Shown here in pieces: positions 1 to 12,000 of a DNA stretch of 64,000 nucleotides. The translations under genes were made by a program, and so were the position numbers. Within the stretch, counting starts at the first letter, position 1. Every line of letters begins with the position of its first letter. The stretch lies in NCBI GenBank assembly GCA_950097015.1, contig CATNEN010000002.1, positions 6,820,001-6,884,000 on the forward strand, written 5' to 3'. The DNA is from Macrostomum hystrix. Its lineage: Eukaryota; Animalia; Platyhelminthes. The notes under the pieces were generated by a model, which saw nothing but the letters and a program-made list of their open reading frames with translations, had not been told where the DNA came from and did not search any database.

Positions 1-930
1 GTGACCATTGATTCTTATGCTGGCCCTCTTGTATTGGCCTTTGTGGCTCGACCCGACAGCGAAGATACTCTGCTGTCTGGAGCTGTCTATCTCGACGCCT
101 TGAATATTCTTTTGGCCTGAGGTCGGTGCCGTCGTGCTGCTCTTGCACACCTTGGCGAAGTGGTTGAGCCTCCCGCACTTCGTGCACGCCTTGCCTCGTG
201 CCGCACAGCGCGGATCACTGCCTGTGCGGTGGCCTCGCTGGCCGCAGTGCGAGCAGCAGAACTGGTTCTGCTGACCCGTCTGGCGCTGCTTGGCGTCGTA
301 GGAAGCTCTCTTAAAGTTGATCTTCTTGATGCTGTCGTCGGCTGCTGTCTTGCCAGTCAGCGACTTCTCACTGTGGACCGCCATTTCCACCTGGGCTGCA
401 ATTTGGATTGCCCCGCCCAGCGTGAGCTCCTTCTCAAGTAGGAGTCTTTCGCGCACCTTTGAGGACGAGGTGCCAAAGATCAGCTGGTCCAGGATGAGGT
501 CGTCATGGAGGACTCCAAACTGGCAGTCCTTGGCGGCATGGCGCAGATTTGCCACAAAGGCTTGCACGCCTTCGGCGCTTCGCTGGACGCACTTCCGGAA
601 TTCGTGCCTCTTGGCATACACGCTCACTGCTGGCTGGAAGTGCTGCTTCAGGAGATCGCATGCCGCTGCTAGTGTTGTCGGAGCCGTTTCCTGGTCAGCC
701 GAGAGAGTCCGGTAGATTCGTACTCCTTCGCGCCCAAGGCAGTGGGTGAGCAGCGCAATCTTCCTGGCTTCTTGCAGGCTATCGATTCCGGATGCTAGCA
801 GGTAGGTGTCAAACTCAGCGGCCCAGATTTCCCACGAAACTGCAGGTGTTCCTGGGTTGTCCAGAAATGGTGGAGGTTCTCTGAGGTTCAGGCGTAGTGC
901 TGGCGCTGTGGCATTCTCAGTGCTACCCAT
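1..930 (-). CDS. gag: Ty3/Gypsy (Mag-like) retrotransposon gag(-pol) ORF, running off the left edge
   Basis: ATG at 930, open frame to position 1. It reads MGSTENAT...VSWEIWAAEFDTYLLASG...RKIALLTHCLGREGVRIY (Gypsy gag N-terminus), then two zinc knuckles CSHCGQRGHRTGSDPRC and CTKCGRLNHFAKVC, then ...ASIRINGH, which resembles the approach to the protease domain. Confidence 0.9.
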   Translation of the reverse strand, partial: MGSTENATAPALRLNLREPPPFLDNPGTPAVSWEIWAAEFDTYLLASGIDSLQEARKIALLTHCLGREGVRIYRTLSADQETAPTTLAAACDLLKQHFQPAVSVYAKRHEFRKCVQRSAEGVQAFVANLRHAAKDCQFGVLHDDLILDQLIFGTSSSKVRERLLLEKELTLGGAIQIAAQVEMAVHSEKSLTGKTAADDSIKKINFKRASYDAKQRQTGQQNQFCCSHCGQRGHRTGSDPRCAARGKACTKCGRLNHFAKVCKSSTTAPTSGQKNIQGVEIDSSRQQSIFAVGSSHKGQYKRASIRINGH

Positions 931-1073
931 TTCCGATTGGCTCAACTGGCTGACTTGCAGTTGTGAGTGCCGTATGAGTGCGAAAGTCGCTTAGTGGGCC
1001 TGGCTGCCGTGAGTTGATTGGCTGGACTGCGCTGGTTTGGGGGGTTTGCTCTAACCCCTGCTTGCGACGCCAG

Positions 1074-1241
1074 TGTTGTGGCTGCTAGCCAAATAAGCGA
1101 GGCGAGGCCAAGTCCAGTTAACCAAGGGTGAGGGTGCTCTCTCGCGTAGCGAGAGCCGTGTATATATATTATTGAACCTCACATGTACATTGATTACATA
1201 AGTACACTATGAGCAAATGTGCACATAGGTCATTCACAACA
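1074..1241 (-). mobile_element. 5' LTR (168 bp) of the Gypsy element, with PBS at about 1061-1072
   Basis: Terminal inverted repeats TGTTGTG...CACAACA. Immediately inside on the minus strand is TGGCGTCGCAAG (TGG-initiated PBS-like), then gag. A TATA-like TATATATA lies inside the LTR. Confidence 0.8.
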
Positions 1242-1945
1242 CTGAGATCTTGGGATCTGAGAACATGGGATCTGAAAACATGGGATCTGAAAATTTGAGA
1301 TCTGAGATCTTGGGATCTGAGATCTTGGGATCTGAGATCTTGGGATCTGAGATCTTGGGATCTGAGATCTTGGGATCTGAGATCTTGGGATCTGAGATCT
1401 TGGGATCTGAGATCTTGAGATCTGAGATCTTGGGATCTGAAAATTTGAGATCTGAGATCTTGGGATCTGAGATCTTGGGATCTGAGATCTTGGGATCTGA
1501 GATCTTGGGATCTGAGATCTTGGGATCTGAGATCTTGGGATCTGAGATCTTGGGATCTGAGATCTTGGGATCTGAGATCTTGGGATCTGAGATCTTGGGA
1601 TCTGAGATCTTGGGATCTGAGATCTTGGGATCTGAGATCTTGGGATCTGAGATCTTGGGATCTGAGATCTTGGGATCTGAGATCTTGGGATCTGAGATCT
1701 TGGGATCTGAGATCTTGGGATCTGAGATCTTGGGATCTGAGATCTTGGGATCTGAGATCTTGGGATCTGAGATCTTGGGATCTGAGATCTTGGGATCTGA
1801 GATCTTGGGATCTGAGATCTTGGGATCTGAGATCTTGGGATCTGAGATCTTGGGATCTGAGATCTTGGGATCTGAGATCTTGGGATCTGAGATCTTGGGA
1901 TCTGAGATCTTGGGATCTGAGATCTTGGGATCTGAGATCTTGGGG
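1242..1945. repeat. 15-bp tandem array (CTGAGATCTTGGGAT)n
   Basis: Near-perfect direct repeats; source of the RSQDL/SEILG pseudo-ORFs. Confidence 0.97.
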
Positions 1946-2223
1946 ATTATAATATTCGGGATCTAGAGCACTTTTCAAGCTATTCAGATAACAAGATCTT
2001 GAATCTAAAGGAAATAACTTCCTTCAAGAAGACTATTTTAGCCTATTCGTAATTAAATGACCTGTCTAAATCAATCTCTATCATTTCATCCCCGCCAGAA
2101 AGGGTCAGTTTGAGTTGATACTCAAAGCAGTGAAATTTTGTTAATAAAAGTCATTCAGTTCAGAGGAAAATGAGCATATATTTTGAAGTCCAAAACTCTC
2201 GAATTCCCTATTTTCAACTCCAG

Positions 2224-5200
2224 TCCTGGACAGACCAGCTGCTGCAGTGGGACCCGGCGCAGTACAAGGGCGTGTCCGAGGTTCGAATCCCGACTAGAGA
2301 CGTTTGGACTCCCGACATTGTGCTCTACAACTAGTGAGAAATTAAACACTTTTGATTTCACGTCCGAAAAAATTCGGACTTCTTTTATAAATAAAACAAA
2401 TCACCGCATCAACCTCACTCATCTCACAAATCTCACAAATCTCACAAATCTCACAAATCTCACAAATCTCACAAATCTCACAAATCTCACAAATCTCACA
2501 AATCTCACAAATCTCACAAATCTCACAAATCTCACAAATCTCACAAATCTCACAATTCTCACAAATCTCACAAATCTCACAAATCTCACAAATCTCACAA
2601 ATCTCACAATTCTCACAAATCTCACAAATCTCACAAATCTCACAAATCTCACAAATCTAAAAAATCTCACAAATCTTACAAATCTCACAATTCTCACAAT
2701 TCTCACAATTCTCACAAATCTCACAAATCTCACAAATCTCACACCGCAGCGCCGACGAGCGTCTCAAAGAGCAGCGCGAGGTGATGATCGTGACGAATCA
2801 CACGGGGCGGGTGATTTGGATTCCGCCGGCCATCTACAAATCCACCTGCCAGGTGGACATAAAAAACTTTCCGTTCGATCAGCAGAGCTGCCACCTGAAA
2901 TTCGGCAGCTGGACCTACGACGGCTTCAAGTTGGACATTCAGTTCTACCAGAACAAGTCCAACATCAGCACGGATGACTACATCCAGTCCAATGAGTGGC
3001 ACATTGTGGCCCTGCCAGCAACCCGCAATGTCAAATTCTACCCTTGCTGCAATGAGCCATACCCGGACCTCACATTCTTTCTGTTGTGAGTGCTCAGACC
3101 TTTGCTGACATTGCTGACAAATGCAACGTATACACTTCCCTACAGATCCCATGAAAACACTTCCCTACCCTTCAGATCCCATCCAGACACTTCCCTTCCC
3201 TTCACATCCCATGAAGACACTTTCCTTCCCTTCAGATCCCATGATGTTGCATACCCTTCAGATCCCATGATGTTCCATACCCTTCAGATCCCATGAAGAC
3301 ACTTCCCTACCCTTCAGATCCCATGAAGACACTTCCCTACCCTTCAGATCCCGTGATGATACTGCCCTACCCTTCAGATCCCGTGATGATACTTCCCTAC
3401 CCTTCAGATCCCGTGATGATACTTCCATACCCTTCAGATCCCGTGATGTTCCATACCCTTCAGATCCCGTGATGATACTTCTATACCCTTCAGATCCCGT
3501 GATGATACTTCCATACCCTTCAGATCCCATGATGATACTTGCCTACCCTTCAGATCCCGTGATGATACTTCCCTACCCTTCAGATCCCATGAAGACACTT
3601 CTATACCCTTCAGATCCCGTGATGATACTTCCCTACCCTTCAGATCCCGTGATGATACTTCCCTACCCTTCAGATCCCATGAAGACACTTCCCTACCCTT
3701 CAGATCCCGTGATGATACTTCCCTACCCTTCAGATCCCATGAAGACACTTCTATACCCTTTATATCCCATGAAGACACTTCCCTACCCTTCAGATCCCGT
3801 GATGATACTTCCATACCCTTCAGATCCCGTGATGTTCCATACCCTTCAGATCCCGTGATGATACTTCCATACCCTTCAGATCCCGTGATGTTCCATACCC
3901 TTCAGATCCCGTGATGATACTTCTATACCATTCAGATCCCGTGATGATACTTCCATACCCTTCAGATCCCGTGATGATACTTCCATACCCTTCAGATCCC
4001 GTGATGTTCCATACCCTTCAGATCCCGTGATGATACTTCTATACCATTCAGATCCCGTGATGATACTTCCATACCCTTCAGATCCCGTGATGATACTTCC
4101 CTACCCTTCAGATCCCGTGATGATACTTCCATACCCTTCAGATCCCGTGATGATACTTCCCTACCCTTTAGATCCCGTGATGATACTTCCATACCCATCA
4201 GATCCCGTGATGATACTTCCCTACCCTTCAGATCCCGTGATGATACTTCCCTACCCTTCAGATCCCGTGATGTTCCCTACCCATCAGATCCCGTGATGAT
4301 ACTTCCCTACCCTTCAGATCCCGTGATGATACTTCCCTACCCTTCAGATCCCGTGATGTTCCCTACCCTTCAGATCCCGTGATGATACTTCCATACCCAT
4401 CAGATCTCTATCAATCGTCTTCCACCCATACTAACCCTGTATCTCCCCGCTAGCCCATGATCCCAAAATGCCGATCTGCCACCCCGCAGTCTGAAGCGCA
4501 ACCCAGAGTTCTTCGCCTACCTGCTGGTGCTGCCCTGCGTGCTGCTGTCCTCCCTGACTTTGGTCATCTTCTGGCTGCCTCCTGAGAGCCCAGCCAAGAT
4601 GTTGCTAGGTAAGCAGTTGGAAGATTTGATATTTTTTTACATGAAAAATGTCTGACAGCTCCGTTTTTTTCCAACTCAGGCATGAACATTTTTGTCGCCT
4701 TCTTTCTGCTTTTGCTGCTCCTGGCTGAGTCAACTCCGTCAGCTTCAACAAGCGTGCCCTACATTGGTAAGATTTGGGATAAGCTGGTTTACCTCCGACG
4801 ATCCCTGTGGCGATTCCTGTGACGATTCCTGAGGCCATTCTTGGGAAGATTCCTGAAGCTTTTCTTGGGAAGATTCCTGAGGCCATTCTTGGGAAGATTC
4901 CTGAGGCTTTTCTTGGGAAGATTCCTGAGGCTTTTCTTTGGAAGATTCCTGAGGCTGTCCTTGGGGTGATCCCTGTTGCGATACCAGGGATGATTTCTGA
5001 GGCAATTTTCGGGACGATTCCTGAGTCTCTTCCACTGACAATTCCTGTGGGTACTCCTTGGACGCTTCCTGAGAGGATTACTTGGAATAAAAATAAATTA
5101 ATAATAATTATTATTATTACTTTAAAGTTTCTTTGGACGATTCCATGGAACCATTAGTAAGACAATTTTACGGGTGATTCCAAGAAAAGAATGTCCTGGG

Positions 5201-6271
5201 ACGATTGCAGAAACGAATCTTAAAAAGATTAAGTCTAGGATTCTTTGGGTGATATCTAGCGCTGGTCTAAGACGATTCCGTAAGCTTCTCAGTCTGATTT
5301 CTAAGAATTATTTTTTTCAAGTTTCTAGGCTACTTATGAAATAGACAATAAAAACAACGCATACTACTCGTCTGCAGGGTACTACTACTGCCTGAACATG
5401 CTGCTCATCACACTTTCCACCTTCTTGAGCGTCATAGTAATAAATTTGTACTTCCGTGGCGACAAGAGAAATCGACTGCCCGGCTGGCTCAAGAAGGTAC
5501 GATCGCTTTTTTTTATGCATTTTCTGTCATTAAATTGAGTTTTCGCAGTAAGAGATAAGGAGGGAAACACGAGTAAGGACGGGCCAGATGGTAAGAGCTA
5601 AAAAGGAGGGGGTGAGGAAAGATAGACGAGCAGCCAATCAGAGACGAGGGAAAGGAAAGAGAAGTGAATGTTATCTAAGAAGTTTAACACACAGAGGGAG
5701 AGAGGAGAATGTACAATAACAGAGCGCGCGAGCGTAAACAAACAAACAGAGCGTAAAAAGGGTGAAGCAATAATATTGACAGAATCGTCGAATAAAAAAA
5801 TATGGGCATTTGAAATACCCCGTGTTCTTTCTACTGCTGATAGAGGAAATTCCACTGAAAACTTTTCAGTGCATCGAGTTCTTGGCCAAGATGCTCTGCA
5901 TGCGGCAGGTGATTACCAAGAGTGAGACGGAGAAGCTGCGCCTCATTCGCTCTGAGATCAAGCACAACCGCCATCACAAGAAGAAGAAGCAGGGCCGGAG
6001 GGCGCAGGTTGTCGAGCTGGCGGGCGACAACAGCGGCGGCCCGACTTCGCTGACGTCGCAGCGGTTCCAGAACTACGTCGACGAGGCGTCGGTTCGAGAT
6101 TCAATCGCTGCGGCAACCGCGGCCGCTTCCGCTGGAGGCATCGGCGAACACTTCGGCGCGGGTGGCGGCGGCGGCGGCGGCTTCGACTATCAGCACCAGC
6201 AGCTGCTGCTCTCGCTTGGTGGCAACAGCGCCGCCAATCATCCCGGATATCCTGACGAGGCTCTGCTGATA

Positions 6272-6306
<35 letters not shown>

Positions 6307-6664
6307 TCTATTGAAGCAGGCCGAGGACTCGACAATCCACCTGACTCAGTCCATGGAGAGTGATCTGAGAGAGATCCGTCGGTCCATTCGCAACCTGATG
6401 ATGCGCCTGGCCCAGAAGGACGCCACGCAGAAGGTGGCGAGGGAGTGGCGCATGGTGGCGCTGGTGCTGGACAGAATCTTCTTCTGGTGTTACCTCATCA
6501 TCATCGTGACGGCGGGCTTCACCTTGCTAATGCCGACCACTCCAGCGGCCAGCCGGATTGAGGAGACCATCGAGAAGTACAGAGCGCAGGAGTACAAAAT
6601 CAAGCCAGCGCCAATGACCACCGCGCCACCGGAGCCCGCCGCAATGGGCTACTCAATGCTCTAG
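2224..6664 (+). CDS. Nicotinic acetylcholine receptor alpha-type subunit, predicted anion-selective clade; 5' exons lie outside the window
   Basis: Exons 2224-2333, 2750-3085, 4490-4608, 4680-4766, 5378-5496, 5870-6664, all GT-AG and phase-consistent. Motifs: loop [13 protein letters not shown], Cys-loop [15 protein letters not shown], loop B GSWTYDG, loop [10 protein letters not shown] (vicinal Cys), M1-M2 [30 protein letters not shown]4 [15 protein letters not shown]. No signal-peptide exon was found in the window. Confidence 0.95.
2419..2742. repeat. 9-bp intronic array (CTCACAAAT)n
   Basis: Direct repeats ending at the acceptor AG at 2748-2749. Confidence 0.95.
3135..4410. repeat. about 30-bp intronic minisatellite (CCCTTCAGATCCCGTGATGATACTTCCATA) with shorter deletion variants
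   Basis: Direct repeats inside nAChR intron 3086-4489. Confidence 0.95.
4800..5070. repeat. Degenerate 24-bp intronic repeat (GATTCCTGAGGCCATTCTTGGGAA)
   Basis: Direct repeats in nAChR intron 4767-5377. Confidence 0.85.
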
Positions 6665-7679
6665 TTCTAGAACTCGGGCAACGTTTGAGCAGCCGTAAAA
6701 TTTTCATTTATTCATCGATATCTGACAAGTTATTTGAATTTTCTAGACCTATTGTTAAGGTATCGATGCGATTAACTAAGTAGATAGAAATTGACCTGTT
6801 TGTCCATTGTTGAAACCCAGTTTCTATATTGAGAAAAACGTGTTCAATTCTGAGATTCAATATGAGTGTTCGGGATTTGAATTCAACTGGATTGTTGAGT
6901 TAGTAGGGATAAGAGAACCAAAGTGAGTGTTGAGCTAGGGATTTGAAATTCAAGGTGAGTGTTGTGGTTAAGATTTGAGATCAAGATTAGCAGAAATTAA
7001 GTCATAAAAAACTACCAATAACAAATATAAGGTTTCGACCATAGACAAACAAACAAATTAATATCAGTAATCCATTATTGTGGAATGACTTAAACGTAAA
7101 ATACAAGTACACATTTTTATGTATCTGTAAACATTTTCCGCTACTTGTAGTGTTAATCTAGAGTAGCTTTCTCTGCGCAGAATGTCCTGTCATAATGTTA
7201 AAAATGATCCATTTTTTACTGTTCTGATCATATTTTATTTCGCTACTTTTTGAACTAAAGGGTTGTTTGTAGAGAACCTATTCATTAGCTGTCATCGCCG
7301 TTGACAAAGAATTTACCGATCGTCATAAAAAATCTAAAAAAGCACACATGATGCTACTTACCAGTAGGCGTATGCGTGTAGGATGATATCAATTTTTGTA
7401 TCTTAAATAGTCTCGTATCGTACTGTAAATGCCAGTTAGTTCAATGTGATTTTCGCACTCGTCATTCAAACAAGACATTTAGTTTTTCATGCATTGCCGA
7501 AAAACATACTGTATGCAGCCTTGATCAATAAAAAACGCTTGAAGAAATTTACCCTCTTGGATTTCATGACTCATACGAAGTTATAGTCTTTTCGATTCAA
7601 TACAAGTTTTCATAAGTTTTTTTTATTATATGGCGTGTTTATAAGACTTGTGAGAGATCATTGAACATGATTCAACGGA

Positions 7680-8414
7680 GCCTGCTACGATTCTACGGAT
7701 CCTGCCACGATTCTACGGATCCTGTTGCGATTCTACGGATCCAGCTACGATTCTACGGATCCTGCTACGATTCTACTGGTCCTGCTACGATTCTACGGAT
7801 CCTGCCACGATTCTACGGATCCTGCCACGATTCTACAATCCTGCTGCGATTATACGAATCCTGTTGCGATTCTGCAGATCCTGCCACGATTCTACGGATC
7901 CTGCTGCGATTCTAGGAATCCTGCTGCGATTCTAGGAATCCTGTTGCGATTCTAGGAATCCTGCTGCGATTCTAGGAATCCTGTTGCGATTCTAGGAATC
8001 CTGCTGCGATTCTAGGAATCCTGTTGCGATTCTAGGAATCCTGCTGCGATTCTAGGAATCCTGCTGCGATTCTAGGAATCCTGCTGCGATTCTAGGAATC
8101 CTGTTGCGATTCTACGGATCCAGCAACGATTCTACGAATCCTGCTGCGATTCTACGAATCCTGCTACGATTCTTCGGATCCTGCTGCGATTCTACGGATC
8201 CTGTTGCGATTCTACGGATCCAGCTGCGATTCTACTGATCCTGCTACGATTCTACGAATCCTGTTGCGATTCTGCGGATCCTGCTCCGATTCTACGAATC
8301 CTGTTGCGATTCTGCAGATCCTGCTGCGATTCTACGAATCCTGCCACGATTCTGCGGATCCTGCTACGATTCTACTGGTCCTGCTACGATTCTACGGATC
8401 CTGCTGCGATTCTT
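7680..8414. repeat. 20-bp tandem array (GATCCTGCTGCGATTCTACG)n between the convergent nAChR and GALC 3' ends
   Basis: Direct repeats with variants. Confidence 0.95.
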
Positions 8415-9081
8415 GATAACAACATGTTGCAACACACAAAATTATGTTTGAAAAAAAATATCATTTGTTATATCGCGATTTTTTGTATAACTTAGTCAGA
8501 ATAAAGCAATCATTCAATTTTCTTATACTTCTAAAACATTAAAATCTTATTGATTTAACCGATGATCATTACATATTAAATATTATTCGAGAATAGAAAC
8601 TCAAATAATATTACAATCTTACTTCGTTCTTTACTGGATTGCAGGTATTGAAAACAAAAGTGCATAAATTGCTTTGCGCACATAATCAAACCTAAAAATT
8701 CACTATTAGTAATTTTGCTACGATAAATAAAGCTCTTGGGTTTTAATATATTGCTGGCTAGACTATTTAATTAAGAACTATTAAGCGTCATTTAAAAACA
8801 AGCTACGATGAAAAGATAAGCTAGCTAATTAATATCAGTGATTGCTTCTCAGCTTTTATTAGCAGACGCTAGACTAGCCAATCAGAGGCTAGCTGTAATT
8901 TTCTCTGCGCCAAAGCTGATAACGTTCATATCTAACTCGCCTCTTATTGGCTGATACTAGACTAGCCAATAAGAGACGAGCTACTATGTACAATATTCCA
9001 GGGCTTTTAAGCAATTAGAACTGGCTCGTTTTTTCCATTGGCAATCAAAAGCCTATTGGTTGGTTAGAAAAGAACTTCTCG

Positions 9082-12000
9082 TTAAAACTTCCCAGCCGCC
9101 AGTTTCTCAACCGAGAGGTCCTTGAAGTAGGCGACGCCGAACATCGACGTGCCGACGCCAGCCCAGCCGGATGGCAGCGACTCCCAGCCAGCCGTGCCGT
9201 TGTAGGCCAGCTGGCCGTTGACTTGCAACTGGACTAGACCCTTCAGCGACTGCAGTGACATCAAGATCCAGCTGTCACGCTTGAGACCGTCAAGCATTGT
9301 CGAATAGACAGCTTGATTCATGCCTGCGGGTTGTGAAAATTGCGTTTGTTATCAAGGCATCGATGCAAGTCTACCAAGCTATCAAGGTGGGAGTGATTGG
9401 CAGATTGGCAGTCTAACGCATCGATTCCCTTGCGAGACCAAATTTATTTGGTGGCGCAGCCGCAGAGAAAAGGCTTGGGGGGTTTGTCATGCAACTTCCG
9501 CATTTGAGGGCCAACCTCCAAAGCACAGTGAGAGTGTACAATGAAGATGAGAAACTCAGGGCAGATGTACACACAGGGTGGTTGGCCCCGAATTAATGTG
9601 GCCTCACCAATGATTTTAGCTCAGGGTCGTTACTGCTCGCTACTCAGCCCCAATTTTTTTATCACTTTTTCAGTCCAACCTCCATCTCCCAAGAGTGTCC
9701 TCAATTAGAGTGTCCTCAATTAGAGTGTGCTCAATTAGAGTGTGCTCAATTAGAGTGTGCTCAATTAGAGTGTGCTCATCCAGAGTCTTTATATTCAGAG
9801 TGTGCTCACCGTAGTCCTTGGTCATCAGCAGCAGAGCACAGTAGTTGCGGCATCCGGGTCCCTCGAACAGGAACAGCCAGGCGAAGATGCCAGTGGCCTG
9901 CGTTAGCGAAGCGCCGGCCGCGTTGGCCCGCAGCGTCAGGTACACGCCGGTGCTGGCGTTGCCCCAGCTCGGCAATAAAACTGAGCAGTTGATTCGCGAG
10001 TCAGTCCAGGTGTAGTCTCCTATGAGAGCGCCAGGTCTGGCGAATCTGGGATAGCACGTGTCAATAGGCGGCTGAGTCACCACCTGGGCCATCGCCCGCT
10101 GGCCGTCCTGGCTGTTTCGGACCTCCCAGACTCCGGCCTGGGGCGACAGGTAGCGTGGCTCTTCCTGATCGCGAAGGTCTGCGGGCGAGAGATGGCGTCG
10201 CTAAAGCCCTATAAGCTGGTAGTGCTCCCACTGAATCTCACCTGAGATCTGCCTTTCTTCCCGTGAGATCTGTCTTTCCTCCCCTGAGATCTGTCTTTCC
10301 TCCCCTGAGATCTGTCTTTCCTCCCCTGAGATCTCCAGTTTCTCACCTTAGATCTCTTATTTTTCATCCCAGATCTATGTTCTCTTACCTGGGACCACTC
10401 TTTTCTCACCTGAGATCTGTCCTTTCTCACCTGAGATCTGTACTTTCTCACCTGAGATCTGTCCTTTCTCAACTGAGATCTGTCCTTTCTCAACTGAGAT
10501 CTGTCCTTTCTCACCTGAGATCTGTCCTTTCTCGCCTGAGATCTCTCTTTCGAACCTTAGATCTCAGATTTTCATTTGAGATCGCTCTTTTCTAACCTGA
10601 AATCATTATCTAATTTGCTCACCTGAAATCCTAATGATCCTATCTTTTTTCTCGCCTAATGCTGTTTTTCTTTTTTCTGTTCTTGTCCTAGTGTGCTCTC
10701 ACCCGAGATATCCTCTCGATAGACATTGGGAAAGCTGGTCTCGTTCATCGGCGCCTTCTCGTCTACGATCTGCGACGGATCGTTCGTTGGCCCAAGATCG
10801 TCGGCCGTCGTCAGGGTCAGAACCGTGTTCTTATTCAGGGTCAGCTTTAAAGTGCCATTTGTGACCTAGAAAACGTTATAGTGTTCGAATTATTCTACTG
10901 TCAGTAGCGCGAACGATATTTAGGTGCTAAAATTAAGAAAAAACAAGTTGCATTTACCAAAAAGTCTGGCAGTTTTTGAAATAGGCGAGCTCTACGGTTG
11001 GCGTAGTCGAACACAGACTGGCGCACTTTTAATCGCGTAACTGACGACTAAAATAAAGCGTGCGGGTTTAGTGGCGCGAATTCAAATTCGCATGCAGAAA
11101 TAAGGAAATCAAATTGGATAAAAAAGATTATGCGCTTAATTACCAATTTGTCCTTGAACTTAAGCACTATAGTTTGCACATCCGCGATGGGATATTGTGG
11201 CATCGAGTAGAAGCAATGCGCGTCCTGCGGATCCATCGTCTCGATCACTATGGTGACAAGGCTGGCGTCCGGGGACACATACGTGATGTAGCTGCCGTTG
11301 CCAGGCAGCAACCCGCTCCCGCTGCCAACTGGCAGGAATCGCCAGCCGGGCTCCGCGAAGTGGGTGTGGTGCGCTGCGGATGACGGACGGACATTGGGGT
11401 GGGGATAACTGTAGAGGCCATTCCGAGCATGGGATCTTGATTTTGGGATACAGGCTCTCGACTCTCAGTTTGCGATTCTGGTGTCAATAAAACAATGCTG
11501 GCTCACCAGTAGCCCAAACTGGTGACTTGACCTGGTAGTTCCCTGACCATGGCTCCCTGGCCGACATCAGGCTGTTGTCCCAGTAGGGAAAGTCTTTATA
11601 GTAGCTGCTCAGCAGGTTCCACGCGATCGCTCTACGAAATTAAATATTAACCTCGTATTTCTTTCTTATTTTCAACAAGAAAGCAGAGGGTTTATTCTTA
11701 AAAGCTGCAACTATATACTTGCGTAAGAATATGTAAAAAAGCATACAAAAAATACCTCCACATAGTTTGAATTGTGCACCCACCACCCCAAACACCAGTC
11801 TACAAAGCTAAATTGCCGCACCCACCACCCAAAACACCAGTCTATAAAGTTAAATTGCCGCGCCCACCACCCAAAACACCAGTCTATAAAGTTAAATTGC
11901 CGCGCCCACCACCCCAAAAACCAGTCTACAAAGCTAAATTGCCGCACCCACCACTCCAAAAACCAGTCTATAAAGTTAAATTGCCGCGCCCACCACCCAA

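Noticed and set aside
160-994. Plus-strand ORFs at the window start
   Set aside because: They are antisense shadows of the Gypsy gag ORF.
8870-8990. Short inverted and direct repeats (CTAGACTAGCCAAT..., CTCTTATTGGCT/AGCCAATAAGAG)
   Set aside because: They are too short and lack a TSD or a second copy, so no element can be called.
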